DNA of 39,973 bases from Chiloscyllium plagiosum (lineage: Eukaryota), in assembly GCF_004010195.1 (NCBI RefSeq), contig NC_057719.1, positions 27,477,872 through 27,517,844 on the forward strand. Reading direction: 5' to 3'. A model generated the notes under the pieces. The model was not told where the DNA came from and did no database searches. It was given only the letters and a program-made list of their open reading frames with translations. The position numbers and the translations under genes are program-made. How positions within the stretch are numbered: the stretch's first letter is position 1; each line of letters begins with the position of its first letter. This document shows positions 12,663 through 24,888 of this stretch, in pieces.

Positions 12663-13864
12663 TTGTGCTCTCAGGCAGCTCCCGCCTCTTGGTCATACTC
12701 ATTGTCATTACATTGATGCCAAGCTTGCCTTTGGTCCAATTAAGCTTTTCTATTCCATGATAGTATCACATGAGTGATGCAGTTATGGCATGGGATCTGG
12801 CCCAGAAATTATGCTGACATCAGGCTCCCGGCAAGGTTTGAAAATTCAGTCCACGCTTTTTCAAGTGGATGTAAAAATTTCCAAGCTACAAGTTAAGGAA
12901 GGACAAACAGTTTCTCCCAAACAACAATTTTCTCTCAGCCAGAACCACCCAATATAGAATAATCAATTATTTCAAATAACTTGTTGGCTATGAATAAATT
13001 TAGAATTTCTCAGGGTTGAAAAGATATGAGATAAATGCAAGTTATTTTTCCTTCCTTGAGACCTGGAACATTCTATTGTCAATCTCGCACGCAAAGAACA
13101 TTATACTTAACGTGTTGGAATTTTGCTGAAGTGTTTTCAGAAATATTGAGAAATACTAGGTGGAATTTACTGTGATCCTCAGAGTGATTTTAGAGATGGG
13201 AGAGAGGGGAATTTTGAAGGTGGAGGGCATGCTCCCTATCACCTTCCCAATTCCATACATTGACATAAGGGCTTCAGAACAGTCTTCACAAGCAGCATTA
13301 TATGGCAAATTAAGGGCCTCTTTGTGCTTTTGCTTGCATTTGACCAGCTATGGAGCAGACCTTCAGTGGGCTAACTGGGAGGCCCTCTGATCATGGCCCT
13401 CTGTAATCAGCTGCCCCCAGAGAAACACGCCACTGCTATCATCAACTAGCCTCTGCCTAAGTCTCCCCTCATGGACCCTTTCCTCATTATCTGGCACTAG
13501 TGACTTCACTTACCTTGATTTTCAAGTAGAGGGTCCACGCTGTTTCAGGCTAGGTGCAATACCAGCAGTGACCAACCCCTCCAATTAGTTAGCAGCTCTT
13601 GGAAATGGTACAGGAGTATCAACACTAGACAGTTAATTACCTGAATGTAAGAGAAAGGTTCCAGAAGCAGCTGAGGTTGAGTTCCTTCCAGCTTTCCAGC
13701 CTGCCTCAGGGCAATCTTTGCCCCAACAAATTCAGTCCATTAAGTGATATCCCAGTTATCCCTTAATGCAGTTTATACAACTTCAAAACAAACCTTCAAA
13801 ATTTGGTATAGACAAACGAGTACTTTTGTCATTAATAATAAATAAGAACAAATAATAAATAAGA

Positions 13865-14082
13865 ACAAATTTCAGGATCTTATTGAATATTGTACGCCTT
13901 TGGCCATTCTTGTGTACATTTGAGGTTAGAAGACCTCCCATGTGTTTCAACCTTTCTTCTCGTAGACAGTATCAAGCTCCTCATCTCACTTTTGAGGTGT
14001 TTATCACCACTCATATATTAGAGTTGATATTTCTCTGTACTTTCTCTGTAACTGTATCACTATATTCTGCATTCTCTTCTAT
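13865..14082 (+). repeat. Copy 2 of the ~215-bp direct duplication
   Basis: Matches 12335-12550 and is preceded by a tandem (aataataaataagaaca)x2. Confidence 0.92.
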
Positions 14083-14215
14083 GTTAGAACATATACATGG
14101 TTTCTTGGATTGGTGCATAGTAAGGGGTATAAGATGACCAATATGAAACTAACACTCTGAAATTATATAAGTGGAGGAGGAGAATAACGATGTGATTGTG
14201 AAACTTTGAACTTAC

Positions 14216-14250
14216 CCATTAACATTCATGACATAGCTATATTTGAAAAC
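14216..14250 (-). CDS. Candidate micro-exon or start-codon exon of the SERTAD4-like gene
   Basis: Consensus donor TGG|gtaagt. ATG AAT GTT AAT GG (14229-14216) ends in phase 2, as exon 10339 requires. Possible weak acceptor tgtcag| at 14251. Confidence 0.35.
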
Positions 14251-15046
14251 CTGACATAACTATTTGTTTCCTTTCTAGCTATCAAATTAATTCCTCAAAA
14301 ATCTTACACACAGATCAATGACTTATTTTTAATTCTATTACTTAGTGGACCGGTTATTCTGTTTTAATCGGTAGTCTATATTATAGGTTAGGTATTAGTC
14401 TATCTGTTTTCATTTACAGAAGCATAATTAACTTCTAGCACATAAAACCATTCTTTATTTTATTAATTAGATAATAATCTTCTGGCCACCTTGACCAGAG
14501 CAATGACGTTTCAAAATTGCTCTTTGGCTTTCTATTTTATTTGCCTAATTCAATGAATCAAAAACATAATACTGATCTCATCTTTCAAAGCTTTAATAGT
14601 ATCAGCAAATTTGCCAACATCATCAAACAAGATATCAGCAAACGAACAGCACAACATAGTTTGAAGAATGTTTTGCCAATGTTTTTAAGCAAAAATATAA
14701 AATAAGCTTTACTGGTACAGGAAATAAAAATTAGTCATGACAGGGTTTCCTTAACAAATGCTAAGATAGAAAGATATTTGTACATGGTTTAGAAGTATTC
14801 TGTATTATATAGGCCTTGTCACAAAGTACAATGAAGGCAAAAGATGTATTTTTATGGCAAATTTCCCCTCCATTGAGCGGCATAAGCATGACGAGAATGG
14901 TGGGAAAATACAGGCAGAGCGAAAAGATCTGAACATAAAGAAAATTTCCAATTTGCACCTCAAATCTGAAATGCAACTTGAGAATCTCACCATTGAGTGG
15001 TGCAATTCACCTTTTGGGTCTCATTAAAGCCTCGACTTAACCTTAT

Positions 15047-15394
15047 TTAGATTAGATTAGATTCACTACAGTGTGGAAACAGGTTCTTCGGCCCAACAAG
15101 TCCACACCGACCCTCCGAAGAGCAACCCACCCAGACCCATTGCCCTACATTCACCCCTGACTAATGCACCTAGGTGTTGCATCTAACGTGCACCTAACAT
15201 TACAAGAAATTTAGCATGGCCAATTTGCCTAACCTGCACATCTTTGGACTGAAACCGGAGTACCTGGAGGAAACCCACGCAGACACAAGGAAAATGTGCA
15301 AACTCCACACAGACAGTTGCCCAAGACAGGAATTGAACCCAGATACCTGGTGCTGTGAAGCAGCAGTGCTAACCACTGAGCCACCGTGCCGCCC
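15047..15394 (-). mobile_element. tRNA-derived SINE, HE1/V-SINE type, with (TCTAA)n tail
   Basis: Reverse complement of the 4856 SINE, with tail 'ttagattagattagatt' at the left end. Confidence 0.9.
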
Positions 15395-16590
15395 CATTAT
15401 ACTTCAATGCTGTTTAAATACCATTTTCAATTCTTCTCTCCTCCACTAAGAAAGTAAACTGCACAAGTTCCCAACATGCAAATCAGAGTAGGTAGCTAGT
15501 AGTTGCAACTCACCAAGTGCTTCTCCCAATCAAGTAACTGCTTCTTCACAACATTATTCCTGCATATTTCATGGCCATCCTCCTCCTCAACACTTCATTC
15601 ATGCAGGTCAGCATTGGCAAACTACAAACCTCATGATCATGCCTAGTCTCAAACCAACTTTCTCACCATTTCAACCCTTAAACATTTTGTTTGGAGTTCA
15701 AGGACATCTCTGACTTGGATGCATTTGCCAGGTCACCGTGCACAGGAACATACGTGTACCTACACAGGATGCATCTTATAGTTCTTAGCTTGTTTTCTTA
15801 GTGCTCACTCACTTTGCAATTTAGAGGTTGCCAGTCTCTGTCTATTTGATATTCTTTTCTTAACTGACCTCTGTACTGACTTATGGCTACCACCTTCTGT
15901 GTAACTTGTAACGCTTTCTTAGCACAAAGTGTCTTTATTGCTCTATTACAGACTGCCAGAGTAGTCTTGCTCTTCTTAGCACAAAGTAAGAGACAGGCAG
16001 CTTGTCATAATGGAGAGCATTGAACAGTCAACGAGGGCACATGTTGCTGTGTGCCAGGGTGCTAAGCCAACATCACACCTACAGCATGTGCCAATAATGT
16101 TTGCAGTAAACCTATTGCATATGCTTCAAGAAAATGGCCATGTTGATTTAGCTGGGTAAAGAAGGACTGTGGTTAGTCATGGGTTACTGTCACATTCAGT
16201 CAAGAGGCTCGTCCAATTCCAGTCGAAGGGGTTGGCCACAGTCAATCAAGCACTTATTCTGACAGAGTCTTCACAGTTCAGGGACTGGGCCATAGTGGGT
16301 TCTACAGGTTACAGTGCAAACAGTCCAAGGATTACAGATAGTTGAGTCAAGGTGCTCTGACAAAGACATCAGTATGGGGGTTGGGCACATTTTTATGTAA
16401 TGATATAAAGAGAGAGACTGAATATGATGGAAGCGAATGGACGAGCAGTTAGTGATGATCCATGAGTAGAAGAGGTGATAAGGTGTCCCCAGTGAAAAGG
16501 CTAACAACATAAGGGCAGGGTGAGTTAGTAGGTTGGGGGGACGAAGTGGCTAAGGCTGTTCAGTGGTCAGAATGCAAGCATCACTGACAG

Positions 16591-17667
16591 TTATAGAGTC
16601 ATAGAGTAATACAGATACACAGCACGGACATAGTCCCTTCGATCCAACTCATCCATGCTGACCAGATATGCCAATCCAATCTCATCCCACCTGCCAGCAC
16701 CCAACCCGTATCCCTTCAAACCCTTCCTATTCATATACCCATCCAAATGCCTCTTAAATGTTGCAACTGTACCAGCCTCCACCACTTCCTCTGGCAGCTC
16801 ATTCCATACATGTACCACCATTTATATTATATTTCTTTTATATCTTTCCCCTCTCACCCTAAATCTATGCCCCCTAGTTCTGGACTCACCCACCCCAGGG
16901 AAAATACTTTGTCTATTTATCCTATCTATGCCCTTCATGATTTTATAAACCTCTATAAGGTAACCCCTCAGCCTCCAATGCTCAAGGGAAAACAGATCTA
17001 GCCTATTCAACCTCTCCCTATAGCTCAAATCCTCCAACCCTGGCAACATTCTTGTAAATCTTTTCTGAATCCTTTCAAGTTTCACAACATCTTTCTGATA
17101 GGAAAGAGACCAAAATTGCAGGCAATATTCCAAAAGTGGCCTAAACAATGTCCTGTACAGCCCAACATGACCTCCCAACTCCTGTACTCAATAAAGGAAA
17201 GCATACCAAACGCCTTCTTCACTATCCCATCTACCTGCAACTCTACTTTCTAGGAGCTATGAACCTGCACTCCAAGGTCTTTTTGTTCAGCAACACATCC
17301 TAGGACCTTACCATTAAGTGTATAAGTCCTGCTAAGATTTGCTTCCCCAAAATGCAGCACCTCACATTTATCTAAATTAAACTCCATCTGCCACTTCTCA
17401 ACCCATTGGCCCATCTGATCAAGATCCCGTTATAATCTTAGGTAACCTTCTTCGCTGTCCATTACACCTCCAATTTTGGTGTCATCTGCAAACGTACTAA
17501 CTATAGCTCTTATGTTTACATCCTAATCATTTATATAAATGACAAAAATTAGTGGATCCAGCACCAATCCTTGTGGCACTCCATTGGTCACAGGCCTCCA
17601 ATCTGAAAAACAGCCCTCCATCACCACCCTCTGTCTTCTACCTTTGAGCCATTTCTGTATCCAAAAA
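16591..17667 (-). mobile_element. 5'-truncated CR1 LINE with intact 3' end
   Basis: ORFs 16822..17178 ([27 protein letters not shown]) and 16591..16821 (VWNELPEEVVEA). Tail 'ctctatgactctataa' on the minus strand. Confidence 0.93.
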
Positions 17668-18004
17668 GCTTAATGGTATGTGTGCGCAGTAGCAGAGTGC
17701 TGGCCCATAAATATGAGGTTGCAGAGCTCAGCAGATCAGTTATCTTCCCGCTTCACACATGACACACTATTAATCCAGTAATCTGAGTCCAGGCTGGCTG
17801 TGTTTGTTAGTGCATCTAACTAGGGCACTTAGCAAGAAAAAAGACTACACTCCTCTTCACTACCGCATCCATCAGGATCTCCTGTCCAAGTTCACAAAGT
17901 GGGAAGTGAGTTTTCCTTTCTTATTACTCACATCCTGAATGTTGAGACTCGAGCACCACAGTGTAAAAATTTGTTCCTGGCTTGCAGACTTTAAAGCAGC
18001 TGCT

Positions 18005-18322
18005 GCACCTCATAAAGGATCAAGAATGAGAGAACACAGATTTAAAGTGATTTGCAAAGGAAACAAACACGAATGAGAAAACGTTTTTTCACACAATAAC
18101 TAGTTCAGGTATGGAAGGCACTGTCTAGAGGTGTGATGGAGGCAGTTTCAAATGAGACATTCAAGAGGTCATTGTTTCATTATTTAAATAGAAGCAGCAT
18201 GCAAAGATATGTGAAAAAGATATGATAATGGAACTAAGTCATGATGCCCATTTGAGAGCTGATGCAGACACAATGGGTCAAATGGTCTCCTTCTATGCCA
18301 TAATACTGCTGTGATTCTGTAG
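18005..18322 (+). mobile_element. Old CR1 3' end (different subfamily)
   Basis: Resembles the CR1 ORF2 C-terminus ('tggaaggcactgtctagaggtgtgatggaggcag') and tail ('atgggtcaaatggtctccttctatgcc..ctgtgattctgt'). Confidence 0.65.
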
Positions 18323-18772
18323 TCTAAATACTGCACCAGAATCCTAAATGCTGGGCATTTCCACCTCTGCAGCAATACTATACCTGGAAAATGCACCCAC
18401 CGCCCAACTGAATAATTAATGAGGTAAAGAACAAGATATTGCACGAGCAAAATTGCTGATCGAGACAGACTGGGTGTTATAAATCTCACTCAGCAAAACT
18501 GAAAATAGGAACATTTCAGCCTCAAAATAGGCCAACATTTTTGAATATTATTTATTGATAAGGAATAATTTGGAATATTGCATGTTCATCTTATTTGCAA
18601 GCATTTTTATACAGTGCAAAGATTCAAAGAGCAAAAAACAATGTGGGTACTTAGATTGAATTGTGTTAGTTCTCAGTAGTTAAATCTTGAGAACCCTAGT
18701 GATACAGCACAGAGGGAGCCCTTTCTTTTGTGCTTGGCTCATTGGTCGAGCTTTCCAACTAATTCTACTTCA
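18299..18772 (+). repeat. Copy 1 of a ~475-bp direct duplication (copy 2 at 19616-20105)
   Basis: Near-identical sequence, also shown by the twin ORFs 18184..18489 and 19597..19806. Confidence 0.95.
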
Positions 18773-18997
18773 GCACAGCATTTAGAAGATATTTCTTTAA
18801 TGATCTACCCTTTGACATTACATCAACACTGGATTTGTTTCAAAGAATAGTGACAAAGGTCTTGAAGGATTAGAAGGTGCTACCTGCCACATGGGTGTTG
18901 TATTAAATCATAGTTTCGCCACATCTGAACTTAATGAAAGAGTGGGAAAAGTGCTGAAATGCACGCAAGAAACAGCTTTTGCTCTGAATGAAAAATT

Positions 18998-19290
18998 ATA
19001 GTCATACTGCACAGAAACAGACCTGTTGATCCAACTTGTCCATACCAACCATATTTCCCAAAATAAACTAATCCCACTTTCCCGCATTTGGCCCGTATCC
19101 CTCTAAATCTTTCCTATTCATGTCTCTGACTAAGTGTCTTTTAAATGTTGTAACTGTACCTGCATCTACCACTTCCTTTGGCAGTTTGTTCCACACCTGA
19201 ACCATCCTCAGTGTGAAAACATTACCCCTCATATCCCTTTTAAATCTTTCTCCTCTCATTTTAAAAATATTCCGCCTAGTTTTGAACTCT
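18998..19290 (-). mobile_element. CR1 3' end
   Basis: ORF 19068..19307 (VWNKLPKEVVDAGTVTTFKRHL), with the CR1 tail at the left. Confidence 0.85.
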
Positions 19291-19617
19291 TCCACAAGGT
19301 TCCACATGGAAGACTGATTAGTAAAGATAAATCACTTGCGATTCAGAGGTGCTTGTAGATTGGCTACAAAATTGACTTGACAGTAGGAGACAGAGGGTGA
19401 TGATGGAGAGTTTTGAACTGGAGGCCTGTGACGAGCAGTATTTCAAAGGGGTTGACTGTTGTTTGTTATTTACATACATAATTTGGATGACAATTTAGGA
19501 GGCATGGTTAGTAAGTTTGCGAATGATACCAAAATTGTGGTAGAGTGGAAGTGAAGAATATTATCTAAGATTACAACAGGATCTTGATAAATTGGGCTAA
19601 TTGGCTAAGGAGTGGCA
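19291..19617 (+). mobile_element. CR1 RT fragment fused in opposite orientation to the preceding 3' end
   Basis: Encodes HKVPHGRLISK and SKFANDTK (decayed FADD motif); ends at 'ggctaaggagtggca'. Confidence 0.85.
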
Positions 19618-20105
19618 TAGTACTGCTGTGATTCTGTAGTTTAAATACAGCACCAAAATCCTAAATGCTGGGCATTTCCACCTCTGAAGCAATATTATAC
19701 CTGGAAAATGCACCCACCGCCCAATTGAATAATTAATAAGATAAAGAACAAGATATTGCACGAGCAAAATTGCTGATCGAGACAGACTGGGTGTTATAAA
19801 TCTCACTCAGCAAAACTGAAAATAGGAACATTTCAGCCTCAAAATAGGCCAACATTTTTGAATATTATTTATTGATAAGGAATAATTTGGAATATTGCAT
19901 GTTCATCTTATTTGCAAGCATTTTTATACAGTGCAAAGATTCAAAGAACAAAAAATAATGTGGGTACTTAGATTGAATTGTGTTAGTTCTCAGTAGAAGA
20001 ATAACTTATTAGTTGGATCTTGAGAACCCTAGTGATACAGCACAGAGGAAGCCTTTTCTTTTGTGCTTGGATCATTGGTTGAGCTTTCCAACTAATTCTA
20101 CTTCA
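19616..20105 (+). repeat. Copy 2 of the ~475-bp direct duplication
   Basis: Matches 18299-18772, with a short extra segment near 19996-20011. Confidence 0.95.
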
Positions 20106-21379
20106 CTTCTTTCTCTCTATAACCTGGTAATTTTAACTTTTTCTTTCAAATATTTACCCAAGTTTCTTTTGATAATTGTTTATTAATCATGCATCAACAC
20201 GCATGTACTCGAATTCAATCTTTGTCTGCTTCACATTTGAACTTGCTATCACCAACATTTCCAAGTCACAACAACTAGCTCAGGGGAAGATAAGTATTAT
20301 CTTGCCAATTCTGCTTTTTTTTAGGCAAGTGCTTCAAATTGTGTCCTCTGATTATTAATCCTACTACTACTGAGAGCAGTCACTCATTATTTATTCAAGG
20401 CCAAAATGTTTCAATGGCCAGATAGCTGGTTGGACCAGCATAGACTTGGGTTGTGCATTGGGATCTTGCAAGCTCTCCAAAAGGGCTAACTTTATAGGAC
20501 TTGCCCAGGAAGGTGAAACTCCAATCAGCAATTCCACTGATCTGGAACTCTCCAATTAAAAACAGAGAACTTGAGCAGGAAGGTTCTGACTCTCTTAAGG
20601 TTGATAGTTGCCCCTGAACAGTTAGAATATTAAAACCTGCTTAACATTTTAGGTAATGAGGAAACTGAATCCCCAACACACCACTTACTCTCCCACTTAC
20701 ACCCAAACCATGCAGCCCTCCCTCATACTTGATTCACACATCCCTCTGATGCAATCCTGTTGGAACCTACACTTGTGTCCACAACCCACCTCACCAAACC
20801 TGACATCCCGCTCAACATGACTGTGCCAGATTCAATGTATGCACATGTCCCTCCCCCCTCTTTCCTCACAGCAACACCCCCTACCATCAATAAACCTCTA
20901 AAATAATCAAAATGACCCCCCCACCTAACCTTGTCATCGACCCTTAGCTCGCATTCACTTCCCTGGCACCCTATCATGCAGGCAGAGGGTGCCCTCATGG
21001 GAAGCGTGGGCCCAGTGCTGGGGATAGTGAGCCCTTGATGGGAAAGCCCAGTGTGATGACTGCAGATCCTTGGCTATAGAAAGACTATGATGTTGAACTT
21101 TTAACTTATTTCTTTATTGCTCTATTTTGTATCTAAGATAGTGTACCTAGGTACCTGTCTACCTGAAATGGTGCTCAGAATGGTGACTTTTCACTATTTT
21201 TCAGTACTTGGTTACATGTAACATAATAAACCTAATTCTAATTCTACCTCCCTCAACCACCTAACATCCTATCCATTGCATTCACTCCCTGGCTTTCTTT
21301 GATGGATGCATTCAGAACAGGCTAGACTTGGAACCTTGGCTTGAAAAATCACCACCAGGCAATATTAAAGATGATTACT

Positions 21380-22616
21380 GTTGGTTGTTTTATGTGGCGC
21401 AAGTCTGACCCATTCCTCTAAACTGCGCCACTGGAGTCACCAGAGTTATCTTCCACTTACCTGGAGGTCTAAGATGGATCACGTCCACAGGGACACCATG
21501 GAAATAACTCTGGATAAGGGTGGGGAAGAAAATACCCAATGCTGCCCACATTCTGATGGCCAACTTTGTGTGTGGCTGCATCAAGCTGTGTGAAGACCCT
21601 CGGTTTACAAACATCAAATGTCACTACATACTGAGGTTCTACCTGTCCTCGGTGTTGTGAAGGATGGGACTGGCCTCGATGCCGCCAAACACTCAAAGTA
21701 GTTGGACCATTCCTTATTAACAATCCTTCATGGAGAAATTTGCAAAGAAAAATACCTTTGACCACAAATCCATCAGGAAATGGTCAGCACGTAGTATCCT
21801 CAACACCCTGCAGGAAAAGGAGAGAGTTGATCGTGTCATTCGGTTCTCTGAGCAGACTGTCAAAGTCATCTGGCAGAACGCCTCATCACCAGAACTTTCC
21901 AACAAGCACCAAGACATCACTTGGCTGTTGGTGAGGAGGGCATTACCTGTCAGATCCTTCTTGTAGGCCCGATTGGTCAGCATCAGCACATGCTGCCCTC
22001 AAAGCAGCTGGGGGTGTTGAGACTGTCACACATCTCCTTCTGGAGTGTGCCTTTGCAAAGTAAGTCCGGAGAAAGATGCAGTGGTTTTTGTTGAAGTTCG
22101 TCCCGAGCAACTCCAGCAGGCAGGACTCTATGCTCCACTGTCTGTTTCTCTGGACGCACACTGAGACAAACACCGACTGTGTCTGGTCCATCAACTCGGT
22201 AAAAGATGATCTTTAGTCTGCCCAAAGCCTGTCTGTCTTCCAGAACAAGGAGTTGACCTCGAACGAGTGTTGCAAACTGGAACATTTCAAGGCCCAGGAC
22301 TTTGTGCTGAGGGATGCACAAAAGCTTGGCAGCTGCCACTAAGGCGCAGTGGGGAAAGACTGCTGTCTGAGGTCTTCTACTGAAATTAAATTGGGGTCTA
22401 TTCAGTTATCAAACCCTCTCAGTGCCTCAAATACATGTAAATAGAGTCTTATTCATGTAAGAGTTGCTTTAGTTTGTTTCGATAGAGTGAAACTCAAATG
22501 TTTGTTTGTTTCTTTGATATGCCAATGTTCAGAACCAAACAGTATTTGTGACTATGTATGTACTGTATATAAAGGTATTTTTTAAGAATAAAGTATATTT
22601 TGAAATTTTTAAAAAT
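21380..22616 (+). mobile_element. 5'-truncated Tx1/L1-clade LINE (ORF2 C-terminus, 3' UTR, polyA signal)
   Basis: WRSKMDHVHRDTMEITLDKGG and IWQNASSPELSNKHQDITWLLVRRALPVRSFL, followed by a CP..ETVTHLLLEC zinc-knuckle (zf-RVT-like). AATAAA at ~22588 and an A-rich end. Stops and frameshifts present. Confidence 0.85.
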
Positions 22617-23199
22617 TGGTTCTCACATGGGCTATGATGTCTGGCTGTTCCCTTTTCCTGCTGAAAATGTTCAGAACTACCTTTAGGGAGACAAGAGACT
22701 ATGTGGGATTCGTATCAATGGCTTCAAGAATGTCATTCTACCTCCTATGACCACTGTATTTATACATGTTTCTGTGCACAGCCATTTTCCCCATGGTGCC
22801 AGGATATGTGTCAATGTCTTCACCTTCCTTGGTATAAAACACTGTATTCAAATCAGTTTGAGAACACCCAAAGAATTCCTTCACTGCCTGTCTCTTTCTG
22901 CCCTTTCAAATGGCCGCTATCATCCTGAACCCGCTACAGATCCAGGGTAACCAAATCCTGGAATCTACAATCCAGAACATTCTCAATCTCTCATATATCT
23001 TGCAATGATTCTGCATTGTGCAAGCCCAGAATTGAGTTCAAGCAACTGCAACTACTTCCTACATAGATGTTTATGCAAGATAAATGAAGCACCTCGCCAG
23101 TTCTTCTGTGGTACAGGATTTGGTGGCAACAGTTTCGGCTGTCCCATCATTTTACTTATATTGATATAAATAAATGATTATTTATATCCACTGAGGGAT

Positions 23200-23510
23200 T
23201 GGGAAAAATATCCATGACCTATGATAATACAGATTACTGCATGAAGATATCGATGGATCAGTCCAGTAGGTTGAAGGTTAGCAAAAGGAGTTCAATAAGA
23301 ACATATGTGAAGCATTGTAAGTAATTTGGAGGACACTAACAAGGCAAGGGAATAAACAACAAATGGTAGGATGTGAAATCCTCGATGACAACTGTACAGG
23401 TAGAGAAGCTGATCAATAAGACATTCAGGATCCTTGCATGTATTAGTTGAAGCATAGAGTTGGGTGAAATACTGCAACTGAATAAAACACTAGCTAGGCC
23501 ACAGTATTGA
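23200..23510 (+). mobile_element. Highly decayed CR1 ORF2 fragment
   Basis: Resembles the 'EFN..KCE..HFG..N' region of the other CR1 copies. Confidence 0.5.
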
Positions 23511-23963
23511 AATACATTTTTAATTTGATTGAAGCAAATATTATTATAATTATTTGTTGCAGAGTGTAAGGGTGATAATTAACCATATTACCCACATCAA
23601 AACATGGGCAGATATGCTGAGATACAGCAAATAAAGGAAATGCCCAATGAATTTCTAAAATCAGGCTGTTGGAAGAATGAGACTTAAAATTAATGTTCAG
23701 TTATTCCGTGTAATGTAGAAAGGTGTATCTAAGACATATTGAACTTCTTGGTCATGTAAAAGGCTGAGCCCAAACACTAACCTTAATAGCCTCTTCACTC
23801 AATCCCATTCAGTCTTCCACTTGACTAATAAGCTATTTGACTGTCCAGTCTAAATCTCCCACCACCTTCGTATGGTCAGGTGCTTGATGCAGTTTCTTGG
23901 TTACTGTGGAAAGATGAAGATAGCTTCCAATTTCTAACATTTGGATAGTCAATGCTCAGTATT

Positions 23964-24150
23964 GTGAAGACTGCAAATGCTGGAGATCAGAGTCGAAAAG
24001 TAGGCGCTGGAAAAGCTCAGCGGGTCATGCAGCATCCGAGGAGTAGGGGAGTTGACGAGTCCTGGTGAAGGGCTTATGCCCGAAACATCGACTCTCCTGC
24101 TCCTTGGATCTGCCTGAAGTGCTGTGCTTTTCCAGTGCCAAACGTTTTGG
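23964..24150. mobile_element. Family A Penelope-type repeat, inverted dimer with central deletion
   Basis: Minus arm ~23964-24057 and plus arm ~24060-24150, the latter with CTGGTGA A GGGC TTAT GCCC GAAAC ATC. Confidence 0.75.
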
Positions 24151-24552
24151 CTCAGATCTGTGATACTGAACTACATAAAGGAGATATTAGAATAGATCAC
24201 CAAAAGCATTGTCAAAAGAGTAAGTTTTAAGGAGTATCATAAAAGAAGGAAAGTGAGGTAGAAAAGTGGAAAGTTTTAGGAAGGAAATTCCAGAGCTTAG
24301 GGCGGAATCAGCTGAAGGAACGGTCATGTTTGGAGCAGTAATTAAAATCAGAGATGCTCAAAATTAGAGGAGTATAGATATCTTGGTAGGTTCTGGGACT
24401 GGAAGAGATAACAGAGACTGGGAAGACTAGGGCAAGGATGAGAATTTTAAAACAATGAAAGTGGAACCAAGCAAATGTAGTCCCCACCTGAGGTGCTGGA
24501 GGAGGACGATGTAACCAATCACAGACAGGTCGTGAAGGGCTAGAAGCAATAC

Positions 24553-24660
24553 TTCTGACGAATGGTCACTGGACTCGAAACATTAACTATTTTTCTGTCA
24601 ACAGAGGCTACCAGACCTGCTGTGCTTCTCCAGAATTCTCAGTTTTTGTCTCAGATTTGC
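24553..24660 (+). mobile_element. Family B Penelope-type repeat with hammerhead-like core
   Basis: CTGACGA(24555-24561) ATG GTC ACTG GAC TC GAAAC ATT, then 'ccagacctgctg..tctccag'. Relatives at ~25337-25580 and ~32195-32570. Confidence 0.65.
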
Positions 24661-24805
24661 AATTCTGTGTGTCTATTTAAGCAATAGCTTACTTTTGTCA
24701 TCAACCACCGACCTGCTGTGCTTCTCCAGAATTCTCAGTTTAATCTAATCTAATCTAATTCTGTGTGTCTATTTAAGCAATAGCTTACTTTTGTCATCAA
24801 CCACC
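24615..24805 (+). repeat. ~95-bp tandem duplication (24615-24709 and 24710-24805)
   Basis: 'gacctgctgtgcttctccagaattctcagttt...cttttgtcatcaaccacc' occurs twice. The second unit has (taatc)3 in place of 'ttgtctcagatttgc'. Confidence 0.9.
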
Positions 24806-24888
24806 TGATGAAGAAGCAGCACTCTGAAAGCTAGTGCTTCCAAATAAACCTGTTGGACTATAACCTGGTGTTGTGTGATTTAAAATTT
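24797..24888 (+). mobile_element. Family C Penelope-type repeat with hammerhead-like core
   Basis: CAC CTGATGA AGAAGCAGCACTCT GAAA GCTA GTG...aaacctgttggactataacctggtgttgtgtgattt, the same as the arms at 36.3-36.5 kb. Possible imperfect TSD ttacttttgtca/ttatttttgtca. Confidence 0.75.

Noticed and set aside
13507..13520. Perfect minus-strand donor CAAG|GTAAGT as a gene exon
   Set aside because: It lies in a probable MITE-like repeat, with no convincing acceptor or homologous frame.
18299..20105. LTR retrotransposon or TRIM reading of the 475-bp direct repeats
   Set aside because: No TG start, PBS or PPT was seen, the interior is CR1 debris, and the repeat edges cut through older CR1 ends.
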